Assembly (NCBI GenBank): GCA_951406725.2
Contig: OX597816.1
Location: 41,230,001 to 41,294,000, forward strand
Source: Octopus vulgaris
Lineage: Eukaryota
Length of the DNA: 64,000 nt
Direction: 5' to 3'
Shown here: piece by piece, positions 41,071 through 56,136 of the stretch
How the letters are laid out: each line of letters begins with the position of its first letter
How positions within the stretch are numbered: the first letter of the stretch is position 1
Program-made: the position numbers and the translations under genes
Notes under the pieces: generated by a model
Seen by the model: only the letters and a program-made list of their open reading frames with translations
Told to the model about the DNA's origin: nothing
The model's database searches: none

Positions 41071-41923
41071 GGGAGAATCTTCAACCGCCTGATTTTATTT
41101 TTTATTACTATATTCGTCAGCAATATCAAAATGTGGCTAACTTCCAAAATGCAGCATATTATCCCAACAATATCATATCAATATTATTTTCCACTTTTAC
41201 ATTCATCAGTCGGGTTCAATACATTCATCGTTATTCGTTGTTATTTTTTTTTCTTAGTCATTTTCCATCCGTCAGGCTCAGACATACAAGACTATGAAAA
41301 GAAAGTAACTCAAAAGAATTCACTTGCATTTGACAATGATGTGTACAATATTTTCAATTCTTGATTCGCTTAGCTGTTTGTAATCAGCTGATGATTTCTC
41401 TCTTTTGCGAAGGAGATTAATAGGGATTTATTTCTCTTAGATTGCATTTGAGGGAACGTTCATGGTGAGATGCTATGAATATGTCGATTATTCCAATCAG
41501 GTTTTCTGTTGGGAAGATTCTTCCTTCTCCTGTATTTGCACTTATTTTCAAGTATTCATGTGCCCATATCCATAAGAGCTAGCAATCTCGATATGTAAGA
41601 CTTTTTTTTGTTATTCTGCAAGTTAATTAGGTATCCTAATAGCGTTTGCAATTCCTCGTTCGTAAATGTGAGCAAGGCAGTCTCTAAAAGATTTACATAG
41701 ATGCAAAAGCTGATTTGGTACCAATCCCGGTGTCATATGGTGTTAACACAAGTTTAAGGCCGGCGGCTTCCTTGTGCAGAAGACAAAGCTGCGACGATGA
41801 CTCGAGGCGCATAACACATGCACACACTCCCTCGCGGTCAGTATCGCGACAACGACCTTCCAAATGCGACATATGCGCATATATGTGCGTTTCTGTGTTC
41901 GTGTATGTACACACACACACACA

Positions 41924-42000
<77 letters not shown>

Positions 42001-42099
42001 TACTAATGTAGCCGAAGTTGAAATACACAGAAAATATAGAGAGATTAACTTAAATTTTTTTATATATCTACGTACGCTTAACTGCTTTGACATTTGCTG

Positions 42100-43700
42100 A
42101 TTTTTTCAAAACTATATGTTATGAGGAACGTGGAGTGTGTCCTGGATATTTCGTGAAAGTATCCGTTCATTATCTATTTAGTGAACTGGTTCATTTTCCA
42201 TTTCTTCTTTTTTCTTTCAGTAATAAGAATTTACCTATCCTCTTTAGAGAGAGACCTCTACCACCACTTATCCCGTGCCTCTCCTTAACTTCATTCGTTG
42301 TTCTAATGGTTTTATTGATTCTGGGCTCACAAATTCGAGCAAGATAGTTACTGGTGTATTTCCTCGAGGATGTATGGATTATATGTGTCGCGATTAATGT
42401 TGAAAATTCCAGTAACACTGACTACCTTTTTTATTTCGTTGAGGAGTTGCAGTGACCTGTTTAGAAGGGCAAATGTGGGTGGTAAGAGTGAGTCTGCAAA
42501 TATCGTGGGCTATATGTTTATTTAAGCTGAAATTTCAAACGAACATATTTTTTACCACTTTTGAGATACCCATTTTTTTGTCCTTGTCTAATTGATAGGT
42601 CCTTAATGACTGACAATGTTGCTTTTTCCAAAATACTTATAGATTTTACCATCGAATAAAAGCTATGTCTCCTGGTTAATCGCATTTAGTGCTTTCGGGA
42701 TGGACTTTACTTCACAGAAAATGCACATTTGCACTCACGAAATTTCGTTCCATTCTCTTTACAGAATGTTGGTTATGAGATCCGCTTCATTTTACTTTCG
42801 TTCATGCTTGGTTTATACAGTATCTGGTTATCAACAAAGGAAAGGTGAGAGACGGTATTGGACCCATTACTATAGCTGCTATATTTTATGACCAGGTATG
42901 ATTGGGTACGTAATGAAAGAACAGTGAGAAATATTGGCAAGTTATTGCCTTAAAATATACCTTTTTGGAAGTGTATGGTTTTACATTGAGAATTTTCATA
43001 GTCACGTGTGAGAAATACGGAGTTGTATCAGTTATCAATTAGGTGGTGGATAGTATATACTTGTGGAAGTGGGATTTTTATTAATTACAGTGCTTTGGCA
43101 CTCCGCTCATCGGGTATAATATGAAAGATTATCTTGACCAGTCACACCGTTGCTTTTGCAACTCTTCTTTTTTGTTGCACATTGTTTTCTAAATTTCACA
43201 GTTTTTCTTTCACCTAACTTTTCCAGGAGATATAATATTGTTTTGAGTAAAACGGCACAAACCTTGAGGCATACCATGCGCATAGTAGTTTGAGACACAC
43301 TATGTACATCTTGCATATGTTCTGTTGGCTATTGAGCGGTAATAATCAGTTTCGGTGGTTTGACATTTTGGAAAAGACAAGAAAGGTGATGGTGGCTGGT
43401 AACCATGTGGGAACGTTTAACATGTCATCGATACTCTTCCCGTATAGTAGTATTATATCTCGCCAACAGAAGTTGAGATTTCTGAATCAATATATTATAA
43501 AATCTGAGCTTGGGGATTACCTGTTTTGTAATTTTTTCAAGAACCACTCCAGTAATATACCGGCGAATTCGTAAGGCTTTTTTTCACCAGGCTTGCAATA
43601 TCCCTGTTCTAATGCATTCATCCATTCAGCGTCGTTTCCGTTCTTATTTTGATCTCCTGTAACTTAAATGTTTTTCTGTTGATAGGATGCTATTTTTTTA
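42100..43700 (-). pseudogene. Very old RLE-type (R4/Dong-like) RT remnant, possibly continuing to ~41350
   Basis: Minus fragments DAEWMNALEQ, VPTWLPATITFL, IFADSLLPPTFALL (cf. IFQGDSLSPLLF), in the expected order. Confidence 0.45.
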
Positions 43701-44059
43701 AAAATGATATGATATTTTGTTGAAGCTACGATTGACTAGCCTGTGATTTCTAGCAAACCGTCGATACAGTGTTCAAGCTCGGTTATTCGCGTGTGTATGC
43801 AATATATTTTGTACGTGTTGAAGTTTTCGACATGTCGATCACTGTTTGATATATCACAAACTACATAACAACAGCATAGACAAAAATCTAGAATATTTTA
43901 AAAAGTGGTGGTAGCCAAAGGTGTCCTATCTGAAGAAACATAATTTCTAAGCATAGTACACCAGGAAAATATTCTGGGATCACTAATATTTGTGGTAAGC
44001 CTCCTAGTCTGCCAGACAAAACAGAATCCTGATTAAAATTCCATAAAAATCCAGGCAAC

Positions 44060-44830
44060 GTGAAAGCAATTTGCAAGTTGTTTGAAGAACAACATATAAA
44101 TCAATGCTGAACAATTCCAAGCGTTCCACTATTGGACGAAAACAGATTGCAATCGGAAACACACAAGAGATACAGGACCAAAACTATTGCAATCCCAATG
44201 TCACAACAAGTACATGACATGGAAGTTCATATTTCTATGATGGCATATTTTTAGGTGCTGTTTGGTTTAGATTTGAAATCATTCAAAATATGAAAAATAT
44301 AAACCAATTGGTCTAAACAATGCTCCCAATTATTGTTACATACAACATCAAAGAAACAGTGGTGCTCAGGAAAATCCGATGCTGCTGTTCTAGGACAATT
44401 ACTTTAGCGAGAAACAGCTGATGTTACAATCCTAAGATAGAAGACGCGAAAGGTAAGTATTGGTATATATTGAAACGTTGGGGAGTTTAGGGCTTCAGGC
44501 CAACCTCAGAAGAGGATGCCACAGTATAGTACCAAAAGTCCTAAACACTTCATCTACAGTAAGGTCTCAATACTGTATTGAGTTAAGGTCCAAGGGCCAA
44601 CAGCATGCCAAAATACATCGGGTGTTTATGGCACATGAAAGTACCAGAAGAGTCCACTTCTCAGCAAGTAACGGAAGTTAGGGCGGCTTTCTGTTACAGC
44701 TTCATTTCCAAAACCAAACTAAAAGAGAGATGCAGAAGTAAAATGAAATCGACTAATGATCATACTCAAATTGTAAAACACTCACAGCCTCTGGCTAAAA
44801 GAAGTGAAAAATCTAGAAGTAAAAGTAAAG
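44060..44830 (+). pseudogene. Decayed RTE-like RT remnant
   Basis: Weak traces such as YIETLG (YGxETW) and MPKYIG..YG. Confidence 0.35.
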
Positions 44831-46122
44831 TTATATATCATTATATGATGGAAGTGACTGTAATTTCACAGTTTCCAAGTGATCTGCTGTTCAGGCAGTT
44901 ACGTTGATGTAACCATAATCCTTCTCAGTTAATTAAAGAAAACACTATTCACACTATCGAATGACTTTTTCTGGTATTCAACTTTTGTTTCGTTGTTTGT
45001 TATATATTGACTCATTATATATTAAATAAATACATATAGATATGCATGCAAATATTTAATATTTTAAAATACGTACACGCACAGACACGTACACGCGTGC
45101 ACTCACAAAAACACACATTTACGAAGTCTTTAAATATTTATATTAAATCACAATAAAAAACAAAATCTGAATATTATAGATTATTTATGCAACTATACAC
45201 CAGAATAAATATGTTGCTACAAAGTGTTTCCCTGAATATCTCACATATTTCATGCAAACAGAATATTAAGAAAACATATACATGTACAACACCACAGTCC
45301 GCCACCACCAACACCACCAAAAAACGTGACATATACGCAAGTACTCTCGCGCTCACATTCTCCGCATTACATATATTCCGAAGTTGTGTTCATACGCAAT
45401 TGGCCAAACGCAGAGAAAATGTTTACTTTTCATTTTACATTTTCCTCAAGCATTCCATTGAATGCTTTTACCTACTTAAAACTAAGTTGTATCTAGCTAC
45501 TTGAGATAGAGAGGATGTGCAAAATAAAATACTATATTTACAACGTCAACCACAGTATAATAAAACATTAAAATCATTTTGGGAAATGATTGTAATGTAT
45601 TTCTGTATTTTCTTGACATTATATATACATTTCAGTATATTTTTATTTTAAATTTCTTTTGTTGATTTGCTCAAATATATTCGTTGAAATTATTCGGCAA
45701 GTTGTTTATCACTTCATTGCAGTAATGGATTTATCTCCATCCAAATACTTACGAAGTTGAAAGGATGGTTTATTGATCAATATTTTGTTATGTTTTCATT
45801 TGTTTGATTCTTGCCTAAATATATTTAGAATTTTATTGACATTACTTGTGAAATTCTGTAGCTTCATCCTTGACAATGAGAGAGAGTTAGTATAAATTGC
45901 AAAATTGTGTTATTCTAATATTTCCCAATATTAAATGTAAAAAAAAAGAAAATGCTTGATTTTAATATAGCTCTCATACCAAATCTTTCTCTCTGTGCTT
46001 TAAAAATACACCTACACACACACAAACACGCACACATACATAGACACAAACACACATATATATCTGCACATGTGGATACACAAATGCTCCGTACTTACAC
46101 ATACAACCGCATATAGGCATCG

Positions 46123-46216
<94 letters not shown>

Positions 46217-46283
46217 ACATACATGTTCAGTTACATATACATATGTCTACATATCTATAAACATATGCATTTTTGTACGTATC

Positions 46284-46323
<40 letters not shown>

Positions 46324-46819
46324 CATATGTATGTGTATATATATATATATATGTATATATATATGTTTACATTTATATATTTGTACATGTAAACATACCC
46401 ACGCAGACAAAAACACAGAGAACCACACAAATGTATATATTATGCATGTTAATTTATATATAATGGAAATGGAAATCACATGAGCAGATATAATTCTATC
46501 TATTTTGTATTTGAGGTTTTCGATGCACAAAATATAACTCAAATGTGTAAACTGTGAGCATTTAGTATCGAAATAGTGGTTGATGTAATGAACATACCAA
46601 TCGTCGGATATATATACGTAAGAAGGTTTTAGGATTTAGTTGTATATTGTGAAGTTCAGCAGAAAACGAAAATAAAATGACACCCTTGTGTGTGTCTGTA
46701 TGCGTTACCATAGAGACGCACAGGAGTCCTGTCGAAAGGATTATATTGTATCATCAGAATATTCGGCGATTACACTATAAGTACCAAAGGAGAATGAAAG
46801 TGGATTACACTACAACAAG

Positions 46820-46859
<40 letters not shown>

Positions 46860-47003
46860 GGTTTCAGTGCCCTACTTGTATCTATTTTTTCGACCCCAAG
46901 TGGATGAAACTTAGTCAGCCTCGGCGGAATTTGAGCGGGTATGTGGAGACGGACGAAAGCATCTTCTCCGGCGTGCTAACGATTCTGCCACCTCCACGCC
47001 TCA
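46860..47003 (-). mobile_element. SINE family B fragment
   Basis: cctcggcggaatttga...ccggcgtgctaacgattctgcca, as in 27050-27130; another head fragment at 37613-37701 (+). Confidence 0.8.
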
Positions 47004-47088
<85 letters not shown>

Positions 47089-47115
47089 TAATAATAATAA
47101 TGTTAATAATAATAA

Positions 47116-47320
47116 ATACCCTGCCACCATAATATCTCAGCAAAGAATTTGATAAGCTCAGAAACTATAAGATTTGCTAATCGAAATCTTGGCATCACAC
47201 AAGACGGTTACAATATCAGTGATTGTCGGTACACTTGGAACGATCAAAAAGAGCTGTGAATTATTTAAGAATGATCCTTGGCTTACCATCGATGCATGAA
47301 GTACAGAGTACTGAGAAGGG
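47116..47320 (+). pseudogene. Short 5'-truncated R4/Dong fragment directly after (TAA)n at 47005-47115
   Basis: HNISAK.FDKLRNYK..LIEI..KTVTISVIVGTLGTIKK..MILGLPSMHEVQ aligns with the RLE C-terminus of 14983-15250. Confidence 0.75.
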
Positions 47321-47952
47321 CATTGTCGTTGTGACTTTTCTTTCCTTTTCCCCGTTTATTTTCTTTGCTTATTTTTTTTTATTTGTATTATTTTTCATTT
47401 TTCTGTCGTTCTTCCCCTTTTTATCTATCACATGACTTTGTAAATGAATAATCTGGTGTGTTTATTTTAATGAACTACCAATGTATACTGTGATTCTCTC
47501 CGCCCTAGGTATCAGGAAGACACACGACAAGAAATAGAAACAGAAATGAAAGACGATAACAATTATAATGATAATAATGATTATGATATTAACAACATGA
47601 CAACATGAACAACAAAAACAACAAAAATTATAATAATGATGATGATGATGATGATGCTAATGATAATAATAAGAATAATAATAAGAAGAATAGTCTGATT
47701 TATGTGAATGAATGGGCATTTACAAACGACAAAGATTTTGTAGTGACAATATTTTATTTCCATGTTTAGTAATAATAAATAATCTCGGCAGAATCTAACT
47801 CTGAATCGCCGCCTCCATTGCCACCAAAAGCATGGTGAGTATCTAGTAGTTGGAAAAGGCGCAGTCCAACTTTCCAGTTAATGTGTGTTTATTATAGCAA
47901 ACACATGCTGTGAAGCATTTCATTGAATGTGAATCAAACAGGAGCAGACATA

Positions 47953-48358
47953 GGCGCAGGAGTGGTTGTGTGGTAAGTAGCTTGCTTACCAACCACATGG
48001 TTTCGGGTTCAGTCCCACTGCGTGGCATCTTGGGCAACTGTTTTCTGCTATAGCTTCGGGCAGACCAAAGCCTTGTGAGTGGATTTGGTAGACGGAAACT
48101 GAAAGAAGCCTGTCGTATATATGTATATGTATATGTATGTGTGTGTATGTTTGTGTGCCTGTGTTTGTCCCCCTAGCATTGTTTGACAACCGATGCTGGT
48201 GTGTTTATGGCCCCGTCACTTAGCGGTTCGGCAAAAGAAACCGATAGAATAAGTACTGGGCTTACAAAGAATAAGTTCCGGGGTCGATTTGTTCGACTAA
48301 AGGCGATGCTCCAGCATGGCCGCAGTCAAATGACTGAAACAAGTAAAAGAGTAAAAGA
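47953..48358 (+). mobile_element. SINE family A, full length
   Basis: Collinear with 30801-31223. Confidence 0.95.
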
Positions 48359-48921
48359 CACGCTGAATTTCAAATGATCGACCACACAATGCTAAAACTC
48401 TGTTTCATAGATTAACAGTTCTAGGATCTATAACTACTACTCTCAACTTTCTCATTTAAATTCTTCCAAACGGATTTTCACCTTTTCAAACATAGTTTTG
48501 TAATAAAAGATTCACATACCAAGAAGATGTAGGTGTTTCATTGAAGCAGTTGAGAATCACAAAGGAGGAAGAGCGTTTTCTTTCAGAAATAGGAATATCT
48601 AATTGAACACCAAGTGGGCAAATGACAATTGAACCTAATGGAGCATATATTGATAAAGAAAAAATGTTTAATAGTATTTATATCTAGATTTTCTTTCAAA
48701 AATGTGACATTATATGTACAAGATAAAAGGCATTTCGTTTGGCCTAGCTTGTACTTAGCAGCCATGAATATTTATACCCCTGTAATATGCAAATATATTT
48801 TGATATAGTTTTATTAATCGCATTAAAATATCACATGTATATTCATTTGCATGAATTTGTACAACTGTAACAGTACATACGACAAGCAATGAATTTCTTA
48901 ATCTATCTATCTCTCTATCTC

Positions 48922-49053
<132 letters not shown>

Positions 49054-49055
49054 AT

Positions 49056-50645
49056 AGAAATATGTTACAAATAGAAAATAGAAACTACACGAGGAAATGT
49101 AAGTGGAAGGTAAGAAGAAAGATAAGCGAAAATGCGCATTGGAAATCAAAAAAGTAAAGGCTTTTTAATGAAAGGTAGCGATAGATATATATAATCACAT
49201 GAACTGAGGTAGGAATAAAAGTAATAAAAGTCATTACTGGAAATTGTTAAAGAGATTCAAAAGCATACCGATCGTAAAATTACTGATCGCTACTTTGAAT
49301 GCACACCGATTACCGAACGGTATTGAGTCTACTAGTCCCCGAATAAAACAGATTATGTGTAAGGGAGGTAAATAATTCTGGATATGGTGCAATTGGTGTA
49401 GATATAGATCTGTAAAGTGAATGGTGTATGGGATGTATGGGTGGTATTAATTGAAAGGTTTGTCGTGTTCTGTATTAAGTTAGATGTTCATATTGAGTTG
49501 TGGAAGATATTTATTGATGAAAGTTGCCTCGTTATTTATTCTTTATTCTACTGAGGTATTCTGTCAACATTCATAGGAGAAAATTGGGTAATTAGGATTA
49601 AGCTTCCTAGCATTGCTTTCTATGACCTGTATCTGTATGTTTTGTGGGTGGCGGATTTGTTCTTTGTGGAGAGTGGGTTCTTATTGGTTCCCGAAAGATT
49701 AGGTTAGTCAGGAGGTTGCGATGGATCATTTGAGTTTCTATTGTGGGCTGAATTCCTGGTTTTTCGTTGAAAGTTATTTTGGGGTGTAAGACAGATTAGG
49801 TCGGTGGAGTTGTGTCACCTAGATCGTCTGTGGTTTGTGTTAGTTAAGTGTGGGGTAATTTCTGCATATGTTTTTGGTTTATTTTTCTACAGGAAGGTAT
49901 TACCCGATACGTTTTCTATGTTGAACTCTGTTTCGTAATTAATAAAGAAATTGGCTTGTCTTTCCCTGCGTTGTAGAGAATTGGTTTCTTCAGCTTCACA
50001 AGTTGTTTTCCACAGTTTAAAAACACTGTGTCAGTTTCTTCCTTAATTGTCTTTGTTGGTCCTGCTCGTTTGGAGTACGTTTAATTTGGAATTTACGAAC
50101 AAAATTATTGGCGCAGAATTGAACCAGAGTTCATAAATTTCTACCTTGTGGTTGTTTTTAATCATATTCTAGAAAGAAAATTTTCTGGTTTTAAGCTTTT
50201 CATTCCATATGTGTATAATGCGGTTTTTAATTGATTTTGTAAGCGTGGAGGGGGTTCTTGTGTATTATCTGTAGGTGGGTTTACATTTAAGTAATCATTA
50301 TGAGATAAAGAATGAAGAGTGGTGCATAATTCGGACAAATGTTTATTGAGCTGTTCCACAGATTGTTCCTTGTCTTCTTTTTCTCTTTTCTCTTGAGTAA
50401 AACGAGTGAGTCCATCGATCTTGCTAATTTAAAGTCTCAAATTCGTGTTGATCGCTTCCAGTTCCTTATGGGTTGAGAGTTTCAGTTGCAGAGTTTGGTA
50501 TTTGTGGCATTTTCAATCTCACGTGTAGTGAAGTGAAATACAAGAGAACTATGTTACAAAAAGAAAATAGAAACTACACGTGGAAATGAAAAGAAGAAAA
50601 AAAAAGCGAAAATGCACATTGTAAATCAAAAAAGTAAAGGCTTTG
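49056..50645 (-). mobile_element. Deleted Penelope-like element with direct terminal repeats (49056-49165 / 50548-50645)
   Basis: Repeated atgttacaaa.agaaaatagaaactacacg...aagcgaaaatgc.cattg.aaatcaaaaaagtaaaggcttt; internal LHKEQIRHPQ and RINNEATFINKYLPQLN (GIY-YIG C-terminus); (TA)n on both sides. Confidence 0.75.
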
Positions 50646-50671
50646 TTTGTATGTATATATATATATATATG

Positions 50672-50814
<143 letters not shown>

Positions 50815-51924
50815 TATAGAGTATGTATATGTTTATATACATTGTCAGTTTTAAAATTCAACAAATGTAGTGTTTTCTACGTATAAAATATATATCATTT
50901 ACTACAACGTTTGAGGCAAATACTGGCATTATATTATACTACATAACTATCAATCTTGTGAGCAATATTGCTATATTTTACAATATGAAACTATTTATAT
51001 CCGTAATGCATAGATACACAACTAAATTTATAGCACAGAGAAAGAAGGCAACTATTTTGAGTGTTGAAATCAATTTCCAATCCACATCAATTGTCAAATC
51101 ATACGACTTTCTAATGAAGAAGATTAAATCCACTCAGCTATGCAAGACAAGTAATGACCTTCCGTTACTAATGAATCTTCTGTAAATTGAACTATGAATT
51201 TGTAGATGTAGCTGGGGGTGTAGATCTGGTCAGAGAAGAGACAATATGTCTAGATTCTCTAAGGAAAATATTGAACGAAGACAAGTGTTCGACACAATTA
51301 CAACGTGCACAGTGACCTTTTTATACTCTTCCGATTGAACGACTTTTGAATGAAAGCACTCACAGATATTAACGCTGCTGTGAATATGAACAAATAGAAT
51401 AGTACGTGAAAGTATGTAGGAAGTCATTGATAATTAGAATTCTGTATCAAGCAGCGGTTATATAATTGTTTTCGATGGAATATGAGGATATATTGGATAT
51501 CATAGACAATTTGATGGGTGGAATGAAACTTTACATGAATGTATAATGAATGGGGAATGGAAGTTCATCGCACCTCGTACACGGAGCAATTCTTATAATA
51601 TTCGTTAATATACTTTATAGTAATAACCAGAAACGTCGGATCAGTGTTCTATTCTAACGATGTATTAATTTCCGTAACACACACACACACATTTAGAATA
51701 AACAAGGTATATGTTTTTATACATCAACATTCATATAGACATGGGAGTAAAGAAAGCTCAACCTTATTTTTCAAACTTATTATGGATATAAAACATAACC
51801 AAAGTATAATATTGAATTATCAATGTTGAAGAGTGCAGAAACTTACGACGTAGATTAAACCAGATGTGAATTTTGCCTCGATGAGTCACTCTTTATGTTT
51901 ATGTCGGAGTATATCTTTACTCTA

Positions 51925-52298
51925 TGCTTTGTTTCAGTCATTAGACCAAGGGCCGGCTGGGACACTGTTTCGAAGAATTGTTAGTCGAACATATCGACCC
52001 AGTGCACGATTTTTCTTTGTTTGCAAGTCTGCTAGTGATCCTATCCCTAAATTTCGCCAAACCGCTAGGTTACGGGCATGCAAACAAACCAATAACACTT
52101 GTCTGGCGTCTGGTAGGCCCAGAGGCAGGCACAAATACACACATGCCCACTCACACACAGATACACACAGATACTCATATAAATAGATGCAGGCGTGGCT
52201 GTGTGGTCAGAACTTTGCTTCCAAACTAGATGTCTTCGGGTTCAGTTCTACTGCGTGGCCCCATGGGCAGGTCTCTTGTACTATAGCTTTGGGCCGGC
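51925..52298. mobile_element. SINE family A pieces in opposite orientation (3' half minus, head plus)
   Basis: 51925-52180 is the tail half on minus; 52187-52298 gatgcaggcgtggctgtgtggtcag is the head on plus. Confidence 0.75.
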
Positions 52299-52392
52299 TA
52301 AATATTATAAATAGAAAATAACTGTGAACAAAGGAGGAAGGCTTTCTAAGTTACGGTGAGAAACTTACTACGGAGGGCTTTTAGTATACTCA

Positions 52393-52780
52393 TTTACTCT
52401 TTTACTTGTTTCAGTCATTTGACTGCAGCCATGCTGGAGCACCGCCTTTAGTCGAGCAAATTGACCCCAGGACTTATTCTCTGTAAGCCCAGTACTTATT
52501 CTATCGGTCTCTTTTTGCCGAACCGCTAAGTGACGGGGACGCACACACACCAGCATCGGTTGTCAAGCAATGCTAGGGGAACAAACCCAGACACACACAT
52601 ATATGGATATATACATATATACGACAGGCTTCTTTCAGTTTCCGTCTACCAAATCCACTCACAAGACATTGGTCGGCCCGGGGCTATAGCAGGAGACACT
52701 TGCCCAAAATGCCACGCAGTGGGACTGAACCCGGAACCATGTCGTTGTTTAGAAAGCTACTTACCACACAGCCACTCCTG
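52393..52780 (-). mobile_element. SINE family A, near full length
   Basis: Collinear with 60413-60802. Confidence 0.95.
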
Positions 52781-52881
52781 TATAATAATAACTGTATAAT
52801 AACATATCATTATTTTTCAGTAATTATAAATTGACGGTTCAAATCGGAGATTAAAATATTATTATGATATACTCCAATACA

Positions 52882-52960
<79 letters not shown>

Positions 52961-53005
52961 CTATTATTATCATCATCATCATCATCAATATTATTATTAT
53001 TATTA

Positions 53006-53078
<73 letters not shown>

Positions 53079-53085
53079 CATTATT

Positions 53086-53975
53086 TTATGTTTGACTTTT
53101 ACTTTACATTTGTACAAGTTGGCTCCAAGTCTCACCCAGAGACCTCAAGAAACAACAAGTTGGATGTTCATGTTGGTGGTTTACGTAGGGTGCCATATAT
53201 TTGGTTTTGTACTTAGTGTTGTACTAGTGAATGTTTAAGAAGCCATAACAAAATTATGTTTCTATTAAAACTTGAGATTACATAGAAAGTATTTTACGTA
53301 GGATATGAGCAGTTCCCATGAGCAATATCTTTTGAATTTTTGCCATTTTGGGGTTTCCTGGTATCTGAGCTAGGTAGCAATCAGCCCCTTTTGCTGTCAT
53401 TATTCCCAGGGCACCTATGCCAGCAGGTATTGTTTTAGTCTTCATGTTCCACGTTTTGCTAATTTCCAATTTCAAGATCTTTATATTTGCTCAGAGTTGG
53501 TAGGTCTTGACAGATATGTTCATATCGATTTGGGACAGTCATATCAATGGGAGGGGGGATTATTTTTGCCTGAAGTCTTTCAATATGATGTCTCGCCTAT
53601 TCGCATTCTTTCATTCTGTCAGTTTGAATGGTGAAGTTCCAGAGGAGTGAGATGTGGTCATTTTGAAGCGCCGGAGGTGGTTTGTGTTCCCACCAGTTTT
53701 TATCATGGGGCAAATCCAGACGTTTGCAAATTACCCAGTGAATATATTGTGCACCTCTATCATGCCTGTTGAGGAACTCTGTAGGCGCAAGAAGACTGCA
53801 CTAGGAGACAACGTGATCAATGGTTTCATTTTGTTGTTGACATACACGACATGCTGGGCTACTGCCTTTCTTTAATATGTTGGCATGGTAGTACCTTGTA
53901 GGCCGGCATTAATCTTGAGCTGCTATGATAAACCCTTCTGCTTGCGATCTTAAGCCAGAGGCCTTAGTCATTGAT
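53086..53975 (-). mobile_element. Second copy of the same R4/Dong family, 5'-truncated and frameshifted; 3' end abuts (TAA)n at 52883-53085
   Basis: Nucleotide-collinear with 14757-15675; ends KTIPAGIGALG...MGTAHILRKILSM plus the same 3'UTR. Confidence 0.95.
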
Positions 53976-54159
53976 CGATTTATTAAACGTTATTTTCCAC
54001 AGCCCTAAGATATATATATATATATATAAACTTATTTGGAGAAGAGAAAACAACGCGTGCGTTCGGTCATATAATAACAATATAATAAATAAAACATATG
54101 CATATATACATACATATATGTACATACTTACATCTATATGTATATATACATGCATATAT

Positions 54160-54665
54160 GAGTAAAGGACACCACAAATAAAAGTAGAACACAACGAGAA
54201 ACGAAAACATAAAATCAAACAAGGAAACGGACTTTTTTAACAACGAAAAAACAGAGTACAGGAGAAACAATACAAGGAAAATTCCCCTTCATCAGCTGCC
54301 CCAGGTTCGACTCAATGCGTGTTTCGAAGGTAAGGGCAGAACACGATCCGGCCGAAACAGTCCTTCCTGCAAAAGGAATTAAATAAAATTCTTTTGCAGA
54401 GGGGTAAAACAAGTGACAAGAACAGGACGTAAAAGCAATACAAATGAAGAAAAAACAGTAGAAAAAAACAGTGCAAATACGGAATAACAGGACAAGGAAA
54501 CCAACAATAAGGGCTTTTTTAAGCCTAGACAGTGGAAAAATTCGTTAGAACGCATGTGAAAAATCGGCTTGCGGAAGACAGAGAAGTCGATATTGGCTTG
54601 TTGAAAGCACGAGCAGAAAGAGAATTTAGTAGCACTCCAGTCAACGGCCAGAGAGAGGAGAAGGA

Positions 54666-54670
<5 letters not shown>
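54160..54670 (-). mobile_element. PLE-like remnant with permuted hammerhead-like boxes
   Basis: Between TA-rich tracts; minus ccttcGAAA...CTGATGAagggg at 54286-54331. Confidence 0.5.
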
Positions 54671-54733
<63 letters not shown>

Positions 54734-55012
54734 CATGTATGTATGTATATGTAAAAAAGTAATAATAGAAAATGCTCAAATAGTTTTATATAAAACATTT
54801 CAGTACCGGTTCCAATCATTGCGACTTTTTCAACTGTAAGTATGTAAAACAATTAAATTTTGGAAAAATTATAAGAAAGGTTTTTTAAAAGAATATTTGC
54901 ATAGTATTCCAATACAAGGGGCATTTTCCTTGCTTCTGCCTATCTCTGTCTCTCTTGTTTATTCTTGCGGGTCGTTGTGAATTCTTATATATATTCTTAT
55001 ATATGTAATACG

Positions 55013-55065
<53 letters not shown>

Positions 55066-55090
55066 CTGCGTGCCTGTGTGTGTGGATACG

Positions 55091-55129
<39 letters not shown>

Positions 55130-55170
55130 ATATTAGGGATTAAATCAAACTTCACAGTATATATATCAAC

Positions 55171-55615
55171 TAAATTAGAGATAAAACCACTATTAGGCAA
55201 ATCAAACAGTGAAAAACATAAACCAAAACATAAAAATAAATATAATTAATATAATATACAAAATATATAAAATATAGAATTTAAAATTATATTATTTAAA
55301 TTTAATATTTTTAATTTATATTTATAAATTTTTATATATTTTTATATTTATATATATATATATATATTTCTTATTTATTTTTTTTTAAATTTAAATTTAT
55401 AAATTTAAAATAAAAAAAAATAAAATAAAAAGATATATATATGAAAATATATAAAAATTTATAAATATAATTTAAAATTTGTTTATTTAAATAGGTTAAT
55501 TTTGAATTTTATATTTTATATATTTTGTATATTATATTAATTATATTTATTCTTATGTTTTGGTTTATATTTTTCACTGTTTGATTTGCCTAATAGTGGT
55601 TTTATCTCTAATTTA
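55171..55615. repeat. 445-bp AT-rich palindrome
   Basis: taaattagagataaaaccactattaggcaaatcaaacagtgaaaaa versus its exact reverse complement at the right end; centre near 55399. Confidence 0.92.
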
Positions 55616-55853
55616 ATTTAGATACATATATATGCATGTATGTATATATGACGGGTTTCTTTCAATTTTCGTCTCCTAAATGCACTCAAAATATTTAGGT
55701 CGGTGCTTGGCTACAGTGGAAGACATTTTTCGGAGGTCTAACGAAGTAGGACTGCATCTACAACCATATGATTGGGAAGCAAACATCTTGCCATACAACC
55801 ATACCCGTGTCGATGATTCGTGAATAAATATTTATCTAGTACTCTCTGTCTCC

Positions 55854-55955
<102 letters not shown>

Positions 55956-55986
55956 ATATTTATCTATCTACTTATCTATCTCTCCT

Positions 55987-56018
<32 letters not shown>

Positions 56019-56065
56019 AATATATATGTATGTAGGTATATGTCTATATACATATATATGATATA

Positions 56066-56136
<71 letters not shown>

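Noticed and set aside
43921-43983. CTGAAGA...GAAAatatTC with pairing stem-I-like flanks
   Set aside because: No stem II can form and there is an extra base before the core; chance or too decayed.
46690-46760. Minus-strand CTGATGA...GTAAcgcaTA
   Set aside because: GAAA is mutated and stems I and II do not pair.
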